Shown: positions 19,843-30,081 of the stretch, piece after piece
How positions within the stretch are numbered: the stretch's first letter is position 1
How the letters are laid out: every line of letters begins with the position of its first letter
Origin: a virus
Reading direction: 5' to 3' (one strand)
Virus record (IMG/VR): IMGVR_UViG_3300031227_000032
Location: 8,517 to 72,516 of that record
Length of the DNA stretch: 64,000 bases
Notes under the pieces: model-generated
Seen by the model: only the letters and a program-made list of their open reading frames with translations
The model's database searches: none
What the model was told of the DNA's origin: nothing
Translations under genes and position numbers: made by a program

Positions 19843-20514
19843 TCAATTAGACTCTGTGGTTTTGCTCATCGAAACATCTGGCATTATAGCATGGACTTCG
19901 CCAGGTGTCAAGTCACCCCGCATAGCATTACGGGCGGCTGCGATTTCTTCAGCTAGCCAGATCATGCCGATGTCCTCTTCAGCAGGCGTGAACGTTGCAT
20001 TCGGCAGCGTAGCCAGCAGCTTATTCAGCAGTGCGGTCGTGGTGATAATCTCGCCATCGTCAAACTGGATATCGCCACGCACCATCAGGTAGTGAGCAAT
20101 GCGGATCAGGTAGCCCTCTGGCACGCCTGACTCGTTGACGCGATAGAACACCGCAGTCATAACGGGCGATACACGGCTGATACCTGTCCAGATATCAACC
20201 CAGTCACCATCGCTCAGATTCTCGGCGGCTTTTTCTAGCCCGTATGCAAACAGCACATCCTTAACGGCGTCATCCGGATCGTCGCCCATCGAAGCGCTGC
20301 GCAAGTCAGTCAGCAGCCCGCCGATTTCGGCTGTGATCATCGGCAATCCGTCTGGTAAATCCACATCGAGCGATCTCAGAATGCCAGCGGCAATCGGAAC
20401 ATACTCGTGAATGATCGTGGCGATTTCCTCATACATACAGTACGTGTCTTCTTTAGCTACCGCTGGAGTTGCCAGCAGGATAGCTGCAATGCAAATTATA
20501 ATGATACGCTTCAT
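19843..20514 (-). CDS. Secreted hypothetical protein; may extend to 19831 by UGA recoding (...N-U-S-D-C)
   Basis: Signal peptide MKRIIIICIAAILLATPAVA; ends TGA-TCG-GAC-TGT-TAA. Confidence 0.75.
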   Translation of the reverse strand: MKRIIIICIAAILLATPAVAKEDTYCMYEEIATIIHEYVPIAAGILRSLDVDLPDGLPMITAEIGGLLTDLRSASMGDDPDDAVKDVLFAYGLEKAAENLSDGDWVDIWTGISRVSPVMTAVFYRVNESGVPEGYLIRIAHYLMVRGDIQFDDGEIITTTALLNKLLATLPNATFTPAEEDIGMIWLAEEIAAARNAMRGDLTPGEVHAIMPDVSMSKTTESN

Positions 20515-20525
20515 AGTACACTCCT

Positions 20526-20741
20526 CTACTTAAAAACAATACCTGCCGTCACAGCGACTAGCGTTAGAATCGTTGTAGTTAAAATCCAGTTCACGCGCAA
20601 TTCCAAAGCACATAACCTCTTTTCAGTGTAGTCGTTTGTGGTTTCCTGACTTGCGCGAAACTTTTCCATCTCGCCCATGTCTCCGCTCATTTTACCTAGC
20701 TTTTCCTTTACCCAATCTTCAGTTGCAACGCCGTTGCCCAT
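20526..20741 (-). CDS. Small membrane protein (holin/XhlA-like)
   Basis: Coiled coil plus C-terminal transmembrane helix. Confidence 0.55.
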   Translation of the reverse strand: MGNGVATEDWVKEKLGKMSGDMGEMEKFRASQETTNDYTEKRLCALELRVNWILTTTILTLVAVTAGIVFK

Positions 20742-20761
20742 GTCAACCCCTACAGTGTAGA

Positions 20762-22438
20762 TTACACTTCAACGTCCATTTCATTAGTCGGCAACGCGGT
20801 AATCGTCATTGTGTTAGTCGGCATATCGGTGACGGTCATCACCAGCACACCTGCAAGTCCGACGATGGCCTTGGTAAGTGTAACATCGCTGCCAACGAGA
20901 TTATACACGCCGGAGTCGGCACTTGTCAACCAGCCATGCAATAGGTCTGCCGACGTGCCGGTGACAATATACGTCCCGCCGTCCGCAGTCAGCGTATAGG
21001 TCGAACCGCCTTTCGTCAGTGTTACATCGAAGCCGACTAGATTATAGTTACCACCTGTAGCGGTCAGCAGATAAGTACGCAGCAAGTCAGCGGTCTGTCC
21101 GGTGACTACATACGTGCCGCCGTTTGCCGTGACTAGATAGCCGTGCAGCAAGTCTGCCGACGTGCCGGTCTCCGCGTAAGCTCCACCGGTCGCCGTAACT
21201 AGATACCCGCGTAACAGATCAGCGGCAGTGCCAGTCTCGGTATAAGCTCCACCGGTCGCACCAAGTTTGCGGGCGTGCAATAAATCAGCGGCAGTGCCGG
21301 TCTCGACATAAGCGCCAGCGGCAGCGGCCATCGTGAATCCATAGTACAGCCCAGCGTCGCTACCAGTTTCCGCATACGTGCCACCTGTTGCGCCAAGTAG
21401 GTATGCGTGCAGTAGATCAGCGGCAGTGCCGGTCTCGACATAAGCGCCAGCGGCAGCGGCCATCGTGAATCCATAGTACAGCCCAGCGTCGCTACCAGTT
21501 TCCGCATACGTGCCACCAACCGCGCCCAGTAGATAACCGTGCAGTAAGTCCGCAGCGGTTCCCGTCTCCGCATAACTGCCGCCTGTTGCCGTAACTTTCC
21601 GACCGTGCAGCAATCCCGCAGCGCTACCCGTCTCGGTATAGCTACCAGCATCAGCAGCCATAGTGAATCCGTAGTACAACCCCGCCGCCGTGCCGGTAAG
21701 TGCATACGTGCCGCCCGTTGCGCCAAGTAGGTATGCGTGCAGTAGATCAGCGGCAGTACCAGTCTCGTGAAACTCACCGCCAACTGCGGGCAGTGTGTAA
21801 GTTGACCCGCCTACAGTGTAGGTAATGACTAGTTTAGGGTCGTAGTCGGTGCCTGCTTCGTCGGCGCACCTCGTTTCCGTGTATGCAAATCCGCCACTAG
21901 ACCAACTCGGCTCTGTGTTGCTCCGGTCAGATTCATAGCGTCCGCCAAGTTTGGTAATGCTGGTTTTAGAGATTGCGGCAATGCCTGCTGGGTTTAATGT
22001 AATATCTGTATATACAGTGTCATTAGCTGTAATAGTAGATACTGCGACTGCTGTTGCATATAGCGTGGTGCCGACTTGAGCATAATCAGCATTGACTATG
22101 GCGTTGTTGTTTGCCGGAGTGCTGCCGACAAGTGCAATCGAATCAGTAAATGGGTCACTCTTTTGTGTAAACCATAAACTGAACACTGCACTGGAAATAC
22201 TGGCTCCGCTTGTCAGTGCCGACGTATCCAGCGTCCATATATTCCGCCTAAGTAAACTCCATTCATCTTGCGTGGTAGTGGCCTGCAGGGCCAGGTAAGC
22301 TGTGGCATTAGTATCGCCGCTGCCATTGCCAGCCGCCGCCCTGATGGTTGCCCATATTGCATCTGCCGATGACTGCACATAGCCATCCACCGTAGTATTG
22401 CCAGTGCCAGCATCAGGATATACGGTCAACGTGCTGAT
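20762..22438 (-). CDS. Repeat-rich virion fibre-like protein
   Basis: Globular N-terminal domain then many 22-aa repeats (A.GG.Y.ETG..ADLL); start uncertain (ATC 22438 or TTG 22429). Confidence 0.75.
   Translation of the reverse strand: MSTLTVYPDAGTGNTTVDGYVQSSADAIWATIRAAAGNGSGDTNATAYLALQATTTQDEWSLLRRNIWTLDTSALTSGASISSAVFSLWFTQKSDPFTDSIALVGSTPANNNAIVNADYAQVGTTLYATAVAVSTITANDTVYTDITLNPAGIAAISKTSITKLGGRYESDRSNTEPSWSSGGFAYTETRCADEAGTDYDPKLVITYTVGGSTYTLPAVGGEFHETGTAADLLHAYLLGATGGTYALTGTAAGLYYGFTMAADAGSYTETGSAAGLLHGRKVTATGGSYAETGTAADLLHGYLLGAVGGTYAETGSDAGLYYGFTMAAAAGAYVETGTAADLLHAYLLGATGGTYAETGSDAGLYYGFTMAAAAGAYVETGTAADLLHARKLGATGGAYTETGTAADLLRGYLVTATGGAYAETGTSADLLHGYLVTANGGTYVVTGQTADLLRTYLLTATGGNYNLVGFDVTLTKGGSTYTLTADGGTYIVTGTSADLLHGWLTSADSGVYNLVGSDVTLTKAIVGLAGVLVMTVTDMPTNTMTITALPTNEMDVEV
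21284..21517. repeat. Exact about 102-bp duplication with a 132-bp period inside the fibre gene
   Basis: 21284-21385 matches 21416-21517. Confidence 0.85.
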
Positions 22439-22472
22439 ACATCCACCTCCTCTACTGCGCTACAGATGCACA

Positions 22473-23105
22473 CTACTTCGCCTCCAGCTTCACGACCTGC
22501 TTGGAGATCACGGTGTACAGCGTTTTCAGCTTGGCAATCTGACCATTGCAGAACGTCCGCAGCTCATCGTCAGTGCTGATCTTGCCGAAGTCTTTTTCGG
22601 TGAACTTCACTGCCGGACGCCCATCCTCAACCACGCCTTCAACTGTGCTGTCAGTGATGGTTTCCTTGACCTTGAGTACGGTGGTTTCCTTGCTGATCTT
22701 GGCGCTATCCACAGTCCAATATTCAGCACCGGCTGACGGTCGCAGTGTGTAAAATTTCAGCGGAACTGGAGTGCCGTCCTTGTCAGTTTGCGGCGTGAAC
22801 TTAGACTCATAATCACCGGAGATGATGAACGAATTGTCCTTGATAGCAACAATGGACAGCTCGCCGCTGCTTGCCTTGTCCAAAGATTCGAGCGTGTACT
22901 TCGCCGACCAGTCGGGTGCCTTTGCGCTGATAACTGGATCACGCGGATGCACACGCTTACCGCGAACGTACTTCTGATATGACTTGCCATCTTCATCCAC
23001 CGCGGCAACGTATTCACACTCGCTGTAGAATTTCACGTCCGCCCAGTCGATATGCACACCGTCTAAGCGATGTACCGCCGCCCATTTGTAGTCGGTGTAT
23101 GCCAT
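22473..23105 (-). CDS. Hypothetical late protein
   Basis: 210 aa ORF in the late operon. Confidence 0.7.
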   Translation of the reverse strand: MAYTDYKWAAVHRLDGVHIDWADVKFYSECEYVAAVDEDGKSYQKYVRGKRVHPRDPVISAKAPDWSAKYTLESLDKASSGELSIVAIKDNSFIISGDYESKFTPQTDKDGTPVPLKFYTLRPSAGAEYWTVDSAKISKETTVLKVKETITDSTVEGVVEDGRPAVKFTEKDFGKISTDDELRTFCNGQIAKLKTLYTVISKQVVKLEAK

Positions 23106-23106
23106 G

Positions 23107-23523
23107 CTAAGCCACCGTCAGAATGCTCGCACCGAAATCGACCGTGAATGTCTCGCCTGTTGCAACATCCACCGCACTGCCGTAATCCCAATACGCGATC
23201 AACGGGCTACCGGCATACGAGCTATTTAGCAGCACGACATACCTGAACTGTGCAATCGCTCCGCCTGCAGCCGTGAATACGTGATCGGTGCCAGCAAGCG
23301 TGGCAGTACCGGCAGTCTCAGACCACGTTGTACCCGCAACAGTGCCGCCGCCTGTCGAATACCCGTTGCCGTCTGCAATCTCGGTAATGTCAGCCAGCAG
23401 AGCGTCAGTCGCAACCGTCGGCGCGGTGTTGGTCAATGCGAGTTTGAGTGTGTCGTTTGGAAAGTCGTGGAATGCCGCACCCAAATCCTCTACAAACTGA
23501 TCGTATTTTACAAAACTAGCCAT
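23107..23523 (-). CDS. Virion structural protein
   Basis: DTLKLALTN...EI..GNGY..GG...LIAYWDYGS...GETFTVDF, a pattern typical of phage tail-associated proteins. Confidence 0.75.
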   Translation of the reverse strand: MASFVKYDQFVEDLGAAFHDFPNDTLKLALTNTAPTVATDALLADITEIADGNGYSTGGGTVAGTTWSETAGTATLAGTDHVFTAAGGAIAQFRYVVLLNSSYAGSPLIAYWDYGSAVDVATGETFTVDFGASILTVA

Positions 23524-23537
23524 GTGTTGATAGCCTC

Positions 23538-23867
23538 CTAGCTAAACTTATCCACTACCAGAAATCTCTCCTGAGTAGTGCGTGAAAATGTGTAGAGCTT
23601 TGTGCTCTTTACAACATCCATGTATACATCGTAGTGGTCAACCTCATCAGCCCACCATGTTGTAATTGGCGTAAGTGTAATCTCGCCTGCCGTTGCGTCA
23701 GTGACACTCAATAGTCCCGTGAGATTATCAGTGGAATCCTCCACGCCAGTATTCGCCTGTCGCCGCAATGTTGCGGATGTAATGCCTGTCAGGTTGAATG
23801 CTGCGCTGTTACGTGTCAATGTAAATACAACATCCTCCGTTTCGCCTACTCGTACAGTCTGTGACAT
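23538..23867 (-). CDS. BppU N-terminal-like tail protein
   Basis: FTL......NLTG......VTDATAGEI pattern. Confidence 0.55.
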   Translation of the reverse strand: MSQTVRVGETEDVVFTLTRNSAAFNLTGITSATLRRQANTGVEDSTDNLTGLLSVTDATAGEITLTPITTWWADEVDHYDVYMDVVKSTKLYTFSRTTQERFLVVDKFS

Positions 23868-23875
23868 ATCACCTC

Positions 23876-26800
23876 CTAATCTGCGTACATGTACACTTTA
23901 ATCCAGTCTATATCTAGCTGTAATGTTATATCTTCCAACGCTACCTCACTCGCGCCTTGCGCCCACACGCCCGCGCGTAAGCACTCATTCCATCCGCCAA
24001 CGTCAGTACCGGCAGCGGCAAGCGTTGCGATGTACCAAACGCCATCGGACATACTGCCGAGTTGATCCGCAGACTTCGCGGTATTTGCGAGTACATCAGC
24101 AGTGGTAACGTCATTGACGACTAAGTACACGTTATCGAAGTTAGCCACGGTGTTTACTCTGATGCGCGCTTGCACGTATACGCGGCAGTTATCGTTGTTA
24201 TCACCCTGACGCCCGAACGGACTCCAGACGGCAACCTGTGATTGATTCGATTGTATGTAGTCAGGATCAGCGAATACTACGTTAGCCTGCCACGTCCAGC
24301 GGCCAAATGACGTTAAGCCGCCTTCGTTTGTAAAGTCAAATCCGCCCGTATTGCTGGCAGTTACGGTGCCAATCGCTACAGCGGTCGCGGGGTATTTCAA
24401 GCTGTCCCACGTTTTGCCGGTAGCGGCATTCTGCGCGGCCGTCCAGCCAGCGAAGTAATGCGGCGTGCGCTGCGTCAGGTCGTGGCGATTGGCGTCTGAG
24501 TCGATAGCGTATAGCCTGCCATCGTCACCGGCGATAGCGCGGACATAGCCAGCTTCCGGAGCATCGGATAGGGGGGTATTTGAGGACTCCCCCATATCAT
24601 GCCAATTGTCAGAAACAACACGCGGGAATTTGCCTTCATATGCTGCATTATCCGCCGAAGCGCAAACACCTTCAACTCCAATGGTTTCACCAGTTGCGCC
24701 AGTAGCTTGGCCCAACATCGCGCGCCCATCGTTAACAGTGCCGGTGTATTCGCCTACAATAGGCCCGGTGTCGCTACTTACCACTTCTATCCTATCATTC
24801 ACCGTGGCCGGTGTAAGCGCAGTGCCAATGCGTTGCCAGTAATTCACACCGAGCGGGCCTGTCTCAGTTCCGTCATCTTCCAGATAATACAGCCCATCTG
24901 CGAGTGCATAAACTCGCCAATCATCTGCCGCTGGATTGGCAGGGGTGCTGCCCAGTTCATCTAAGTCAGCCCACGTGCTTATCTTGACACTATCTATCGA
25001 CAATCCGTAACCAGGGCCGTCGCATCGTACTGATAGTGCGTTTTCGGTATCGGTTGCATCATCCTGTATGATCTCGACTACTGGCTTATCAGTTTCGGCG
25101 TCTACCAAGTCACGCTCGATACGCACCGTGTAGCCTTTTTCCGTGGCGCTATCGTTGCCGTTAATGTCCAACACTCCAGCGGGTGTGGCCGTGCTGATAC
25201 CGATGCGATCCTTTGACGCATCAGTGTAGATTAGGTTGATGTCGTTTTCACCCTCAACTCTAAAGTCAATGTCAACACCGTCTTCGTTGATAACTGCACG
25301 ATCAGGCCACAGGTCTAAGACACTTTTGAATGTGCTGTCAACCTGCATTTCGATACCAAGCCCACCGTCTTCCGAGCCTGCTATCACGTTTTCAGAATAC
25401 GCACGCAAACGCACGTAATCTGTCATGGCGGGCGTGGAGTTATTGCCGCTGAATAGTAGCTCGCCAAGTATGTCATTGTTCGCCTGTGTTGCGGAGTCAT
25501 GCTCAAAGGTGATCGTCGGGCCTGAAACATCAGCGCCAGTATACGTCAGCTTGAACATTTCATCATCGGTGGCGTTAGGAATCTCTACCGTATCATCGGC
25601 AGTTGCCGGCGAAAGCACAACGCCGTTACGTTGCCATAGGGACGCTACGTTGATTTGATCCCACACCGCAGCGGTGGCCGTATCGTCAACGCTCTTGTAG
25701 GCTATGTCAGTTGCTGTATCTACCCAAGTATCGCCAGTAAAGAATGTGCCGTTACCGCCCGTACCTACGTTATCATCGTTCGCATCCGGCGGTGAAGTAT
25801 CTGTATAGCGTTGTACCGCGTGTGTGTGATTGCCAACCTTTCGATTGCCAGCGTCTAACCCTGAAAGCTGCCCGTGATCGCTAGTGCTTACCTCTACACG
25901 GCTGATCGTTTCACTACGCCAATCAATGTAATCGTCGCCCTCATCAGTGCTGACAATCCGCGCGTTAATAGCAGACGCATATGCCGTATTGGTCTGGTAA
26001 ATCACCGTGGCAATAGGGCGAATCTCTGGCAGCAGAATATCATTAGTGACCAAGCTAAGCACTTCAGTTTTAGCACCCTCGCGCGCCGCTGGCTTGTTGC
26101 CATAGGTAGCCTGCCCCATCAGTGAGATCATGGGTTTATCTTTTTCAGTTGTGGCGAATACATGGTAAAGAACATACTTGCCACTGTCAGCTTCGGTAAG
26201 TTGCCATGCGCCGCCTGTGTACTCATTCCAAGCCAACCTGTCAGCGGATGTATTATCGAACGTCCGCGCGCTGAATCCAGCTACCACAGTCTGCCGTAAG
26301 TTGCCATCAGCGCCATCTAAATGATAGACTGGCAATCCAGTGGTACTCAATACTGCGCTGATAGGTAGATAAATATCCTCATCAGCGACAGCGCCAACGT
26401 CAACGCCGAACTGTGCATCGGCGGTTGCCCCGCCACCGTCAACGCTAAACGTATTCAGGCCAAGCCCGCTGAAGTATTGCAATCCTAAAGCGAAGTGTAA
26501 ATAGGCGTGAGTATCCGGCGACATGCGTTCGGCGTGCCGCTCCTCGCCTATGTAGTTTCCCTCCGGTGTTGACGCATCCCAGTAGATGAAACTCACCAAA
26601 GCATAGTTGCGGATCAGGTCGGAGATGTTCTCAACAGTAGGATTGGCAAGCGCAGTAAGCGTTGCGCCATCGTAGTAGATTGCATGCACGCCCTCGGTAT
26701 TATCAATCTGCACCGTGTCGCCAGTCGCCGTATATTTCACTCCAACTACCCAGTAGTTAAAGTCAGTGCCAGTCGGCTGGATGCTGAGCGTGCGATCAGG

Positions 26801-27160
26801 CCCGGTGTCCGTCCAGGTCAGGGTGCTGAGTGTGCGATCATCGAAGCCGTTCTGATTCCATTCAGGACGTGTGGGCCACAGGTCATCTACAGCTATCTCA
26901 ATATCCTGAGCAGCTTGCGTGAGCAGTACACCGTAACCCTCAGACAGCGTAACGTCGTCAACTAACGCAGTTTCGCCAGCCTTGGCAAGCGTGAAATAAT
27001 CACCGCCACTGCCGCCTGGTTGTGTGTCTGCATTCTGGAATCCAGCGGACGTGAAAGTCGCAGGTGATACCGGCGCATCATCACCCGATACTTGTTCGAT
27101 CAGGTCGATAATATCCGGCACATCATTCAGTGCTGGGCGTTTGATCTTTGGTTTAGACAT
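23876..27160 (-). CDS. Large tail fibre / receptor-binding protein
   Basis: 1094 aa, mosaic and beta-rich; RIGISTATP..LDI fibre motif; repeated WQR.G..L.PAT. Confidence 0.75.
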   Translation of the reverse strand: MSKPKIKRPALNDVPDIIDLIEQVSGDDAPVSPATFTSAGFQNADTQPGGSGGDYFTLAKAGETALVDDVTLSEGYGVLLTQAAQDIEIAVDDLWPTRPEWNQNGFDDRTLSTLTWTDTGPDRTLSIQPTGTDFNYWVVGVKYTATGDTVQIDNTEGVHAIYYDGATLTALANPTVENISDLIRNYALVSFIYWDASTPEGNYIGEERHAERMSPDTHAYLHFALGLQYFSGLGLNTFSVDGGGATADAQFGVDVGAVADEDIYLPISAVLSTTGLPVYHLDGADGNLRQTVVAGFSARTFDNTSADRLAWNEYTGGAWQLTEADSGKYVLYHVFATTEKDKPMISLMGQATYGNKPAAREGAKTEVLSLVTNDILLPEIRPIATVIYQTNTAYASAINARIVSTDEGDDYIDWRSETISRVEVSTSDHGQLSGLDAGNRKVGNHTHAVQRYTDTSPPDANDDNVGTGGNGTFFTGDTWVDTATDIAYKSVDDTATAAVWDQINVASLWQRNGVVLSPATADDTVEIPNATDDEMFKLTYTGADVSGPTITFEHDSATQANNDILGELLFSGNNSTPAMTDYVRLRAYSENVIAGSEDGGLGIEMQVDSTFKSVLDLWPDRAVINEDGVDIDFRVEGENDINLIYTDASKDRIGISTATPAGVLDINGNDSATEKGYTVRIERDLVDAETDKPVVEIIQDDATDTENALSVRCDGPGYGLSIDSVKISTWADLDELGSTPANPAADDWRVYALADGLYYLEDDGTETGPLGVNYWQRIGTALTPATVNDRIEVVSSDTGPIVGEYTGTVNDGRAMLGQATGATGETIGVEGVCASADNAAYEGKFPRVVSDNWHDMGESSNTPLSDAPEAGYVRAIAGDDGRLYAIDSDANRHDLTQRTPHYFAGWTAAQNAATGKTWDSLKYPATAVAIGTVTASNTGGFDFTNEGGLTSFGRWTWQANVVFADPDYIQSNQSQVAVWSPFGRQGDNNDNCRVYVQARIRVNTVANFDNVYLVVNDVTTADVLANTAKSADQLGSMSDGVWYIATLAAAGTDVGGWNECLRAGVWAQGASEVALEDITLQLDIDWIKVYMYAD

Positions 27161-29580
27161 TAGCTAATGTTACTCGCTGCATAGTTCAATACTGTATAGT
27201 CAATTGTCGTCGCTTCGCCGTCTACTGAGATTGTAAACTCGCGCATTACTCCGGTGTAATCCACACCGCCGCCGTCCTCATCAGTGGCAATCGTATCGCC
27301 AAGTTCAGGCTTTGAGGCTAGCACACCTGGATAACTGTAGCTATGCTGTTTATACAGGATCAGGCTTGACTCAAGATACGCACGCCCGATGGTCAACGCT
27401 GCCGCTTCGGATGCCGCGCCAATGTTGATATTGTGTACACGTTGCGCACCCGCTGATCCGTCGGCATTCACACCGCCGCGTAACTTCACATGCGCGTTCA
27501 CGTCATAGAGATACTGCGGCAATGTTTTGTTCAGTACATCATCCGTAGTCTGCACTAGAGCATACTTTGTGATGTTACCCATAATGCGAATGTTGTGGAT
27601 TGCCGCCCAGTACTTATGCCCGCTATCTACCGGCCCCGCCATGTATTCCCAGACCACACGTACTGCGTTTACTTGCGGTAATGCAAACTGTTTCAGATTA
27701 AGCTCTACAGTCTTGGCAGTACGCCCGATATTACCTTTGGCTGTACCCTGTAGCTTAGTGCCGAGATTCTGCCATGTGCCGGTGTGAGTTGCGTCATTAA
27801 AATCAGTGCAGCCATCTATGCGCAGTACGTAGGTTTCGTCTGTGTTGTGACGTGTGCGATCCTCAGTCGAACGATAAGCGTTTACCCGTAATACGATTTC
27901 GTCAAGGTCAACGGACGGCGAGCCCGCGCCAAACCAGTACATCGTATGCGGAAAATCAGCAGCGGGATCGTGGAATACTTCAGCGAGTAACTTACTATCT
28001 AGCTTACCATCAGTTGTAGCCGCCGCGCCGAATGCACTTGCACCTGCCGCCGTGCTGGTAGTATTCGTTCCCTTGCCGTAACCTTCCGCGCCCTCAGTGC
28101 AGTAATACCACGTATCAGGCTTCGCCCCCGCCGCCGCCGCGCCCTCATGCCACGCAAAAGTATGACTTGCAAGGTTAGGGTCTTGATCGTGCGTATACTC
28201 CACCCTCACCGCGCTGTATACATCGGCAATGCTGGTCTCTTGTTCTAGCCTATCCACTCCAGTGATAGTCTGATCTACAACGCCGTTAGCAATCTCCAGC
28301 AGGCGTAACTTACCCTCGCTGTGATTGTATACAAACTCGTATTCATCAGTCAAGCCGAGCGACGTAATCAGCCCTTGCGCAGCTAGCCATTGCGTCTTAG
28401 GGTTACGCTGCGGATTGTAGTCATAGCGCGTTATCCGTGTGACAAGTGCCATCGCTGTATATTCAGCAGACGGTGAGACGTAATCGAACTCATCGCCTAG
28501 ATCAGCGAGCACAAAGCCTGAACCGCCGTAAGCAAGCGGAGTCGTGACGATCAGCCGAATAATATCTGGCAGTGAGTAGACGGTCGATCCCGCGTCCAGC
28601 ACCTTGTCAGCATCATAGTAGTAACATGTCGTCGCATATGTAGCGCCCGCCTCAACGCCGCCTGCCATGACGAAACAACCGTAGCTGTAATGCGCCGTCC
28701 ATCGTTCGCCGTAGCGCATGGATATGTATGCAGTACCGCCCGCTGGGTCTTCGTAAACGATGGCAGGTTCAGGGCCGAGCCGTTTGCCGACCTTGCTTGT
28801 AACAGTCGCATTTGCCGCATGACCAGCCGCCGTCGTGCCAAGTGCCGCGCGTTCTTTCACGTTGACCTTGTATCTATCACTGCCGCCCGTCGGGTCATAG
28901 CCCTCATAATACATCCATTCAGTACCAATTTTCAGCCAGCCTTGCGGCGGGAATCCCTGATTAGTTGTTGTAAATTCAACGTCAAACGGTGCAGCCGTGC
29001 CTATCAGTATTTCGGCGTGGATTGTATCGCTTGCGCTATCGCCATCTTGCACATAACATTTCGCGCCCTCTGCGTCTGCCGGATCAGGCCATAGCGTATC
29101 AGTGTCAACATCGAACGAACCAAACTCGCCGCTGGATTGCAGCGGTAAATAACTAGGTGCGCTTTCACCGACTAGCACGGTGGACGTTGCCACACTCCAA
29201 CGCACGTTGCCCGCTGAGTCCGTCACAGCGGCGCGTGTAAGCCCTTGTTCGTTCCCGTCGCATTCCACTACTATATGGCGGGCCGGTGATCCGTCAGCGG
29301 CCTGTGATACTTCGTAGTATGGCTTGGCGGCCACAACGCCGCGAAACCAGAAGTCCGCGCCGTCCTTAACTACCACCTGCGAATGTAGCTGCAATGCGTT
29401 GGTATCAGTTGAGTCCAGGTTATACACGTTGGCAGCGTCAGTCTCGACTCGCAACGTGACGCCGGATATTTCACCGAACGATTGGTGAATCTCCAGACGC
29501 GCGACGGGCACGGTGGTTTCCGCACCGCCCGCACCGTTGTAATTTTTGACCGGATTGGAGAATGTTGCTAGTTTGCTCAT
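27160..29580 (-). CDS. Tail tip / baseplate hub protein
   Basis: 806 aa; position after the TMP and distal-tail-like gene; KPELGDTI C-terminal motif. Confidence 0.65.
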   Translation of the reverse strand: MSKLATFSNPVKNYNGAGGAETTVPVARLEIHQSFGEISGVTLRVETDAANVYNLDSTDTNALQLHSQVVVKDGADFWFRGVVAAKPYYEVSQAADGSPARHIVVECDGNEQGLTRAAVTDSAGNVRWSVATSTVLVGESAPSYLPLQSSGEFGSFDVDTDTLWPDPADAEGAKCYVQDGDSASDTIHAEILIGTAAPFDVEFTTTNQGFPPQGWLKIGTEWMYYEGYDPTGGSDRYKVNVKERAALGTTAAGHAANATVTSKVGKRLGPEPAIVYEDPAGGTAYISMRYGERWTAHYSYGCFVMAGGVEAGATYATTCYYYDADKVLDAGSTVYSLPDIIRLIVTTPLAYGGSGFVLADLGDEFDYVSPSAEYTAMALVTRITRYDYNPQRNPKTQWLAAQGLITSLGLTDEYEFVYNHSEGKLRLLEIANGVVDQTITGVDRLEQETSIADVYSAVRVEYTHDQDPNLASHTFAWHEGAAAAGAKPDTWYYCTEGAEGYGKGTNTTSTAAGASAFGAAATTDGKLDSKLLAEVFHDPAADFPHTMYWFGAGSPSVDLDEIVLRVNAYRSTEDRTRHNTDETYVLRIDGCTDFNDATHTGTWQNLGTKLQGTAKGNIGRTAKTVELNLKQFALPQVNAVRVVWEYMAGPVDSGHKYWAAIHNIRIMGNITKYALVQTTDDVLNKTLPQYLYDVNAHVKLRGGVNADGSAGAQRVHNINIGAASEAAALTIGRAYLESSLILYKQHSYSYPGVLASKPELGDTIATDEDGGGVDYTGVMREFTISVDGEATTIDYTVLNYAASNIS

Positions 29581-29586
29581 GGTGAC

Positions 29587-29615
29587 TTGACAATCTCCGC
29601 GTTATGTGTTACATT
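29587..29615 (+). promoter_or_regulatory. Moron promoter TTGACA-17-TACATT
   Basis: Hexamers with TGTG extension; antisense to the tail operon. Confidence 0.65.
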
Positions 29616-29631
29616 CTGATTGGAGGATATT

Positions 29632-30081
29632 ATGTACAAATACATTTTAGTGCTGGTAATCTTACTCGCCGTGAGTTGCGGCGGCGGTTCGCCTGTGAAT
29701 GATCCGCCCGATCCGCCAGTCAAAACGCTTGGCGGCGATTGGCTGCTGACTGCGCGCGGCGACGTGCCCGATAGCTGGCCGGAAGACGTGCAGATTTATA
29801 TGCATTCCGAGCCTGATAATAGATGGGGTCTGCTGACATTGCCGCCTGCTATCAGCGAAAGTCTGAATGACGATGTAATGGAGTTTCGTAAACGCAGCCA
29901 TCCGGTTATCGCCAACACACAGGTATACAATTCTGATCGTATATTTTCCGCCTACGATGATCCGCACCTGTATGGTCAGTGGACGTTTATCAAGTCAGGC
30001 AACGGCGACTACCTCACGCTGAAGTTCCCCGACGGCGACGGCGGCGCGGTAGTGGTAGTGTATGACGCGGTGAAACAGTGA
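29632..30081 (+). CDS. Lipoprotein (moron)
   Basis: MYKYILVLVILLAVS-C-GGG lipobox; GGAGG RBS. Confidence 0.75.
   Translation: MYKYILVLVILLAVSCGGGSPVNDPPDPPVKTLGGDWLLTARGDVPDSWPEDVQIYMHSEPDNRWGLLTLPPAISESLNDDVMEFRKRSHPVIANTQVYNSDRIFSAYDDPHLYGQWTFIKSGNGDYLTLKFPDGDGGAVVVVYDAVKQ

Noticed and set aside
20900-21800. Diversity-generating retroelement TR/VR pair
   Set aside because: The repeats are in-frame protein repeats, no adenine-specific mismatch pattern was apparent, and there is no reverse transcriptase.
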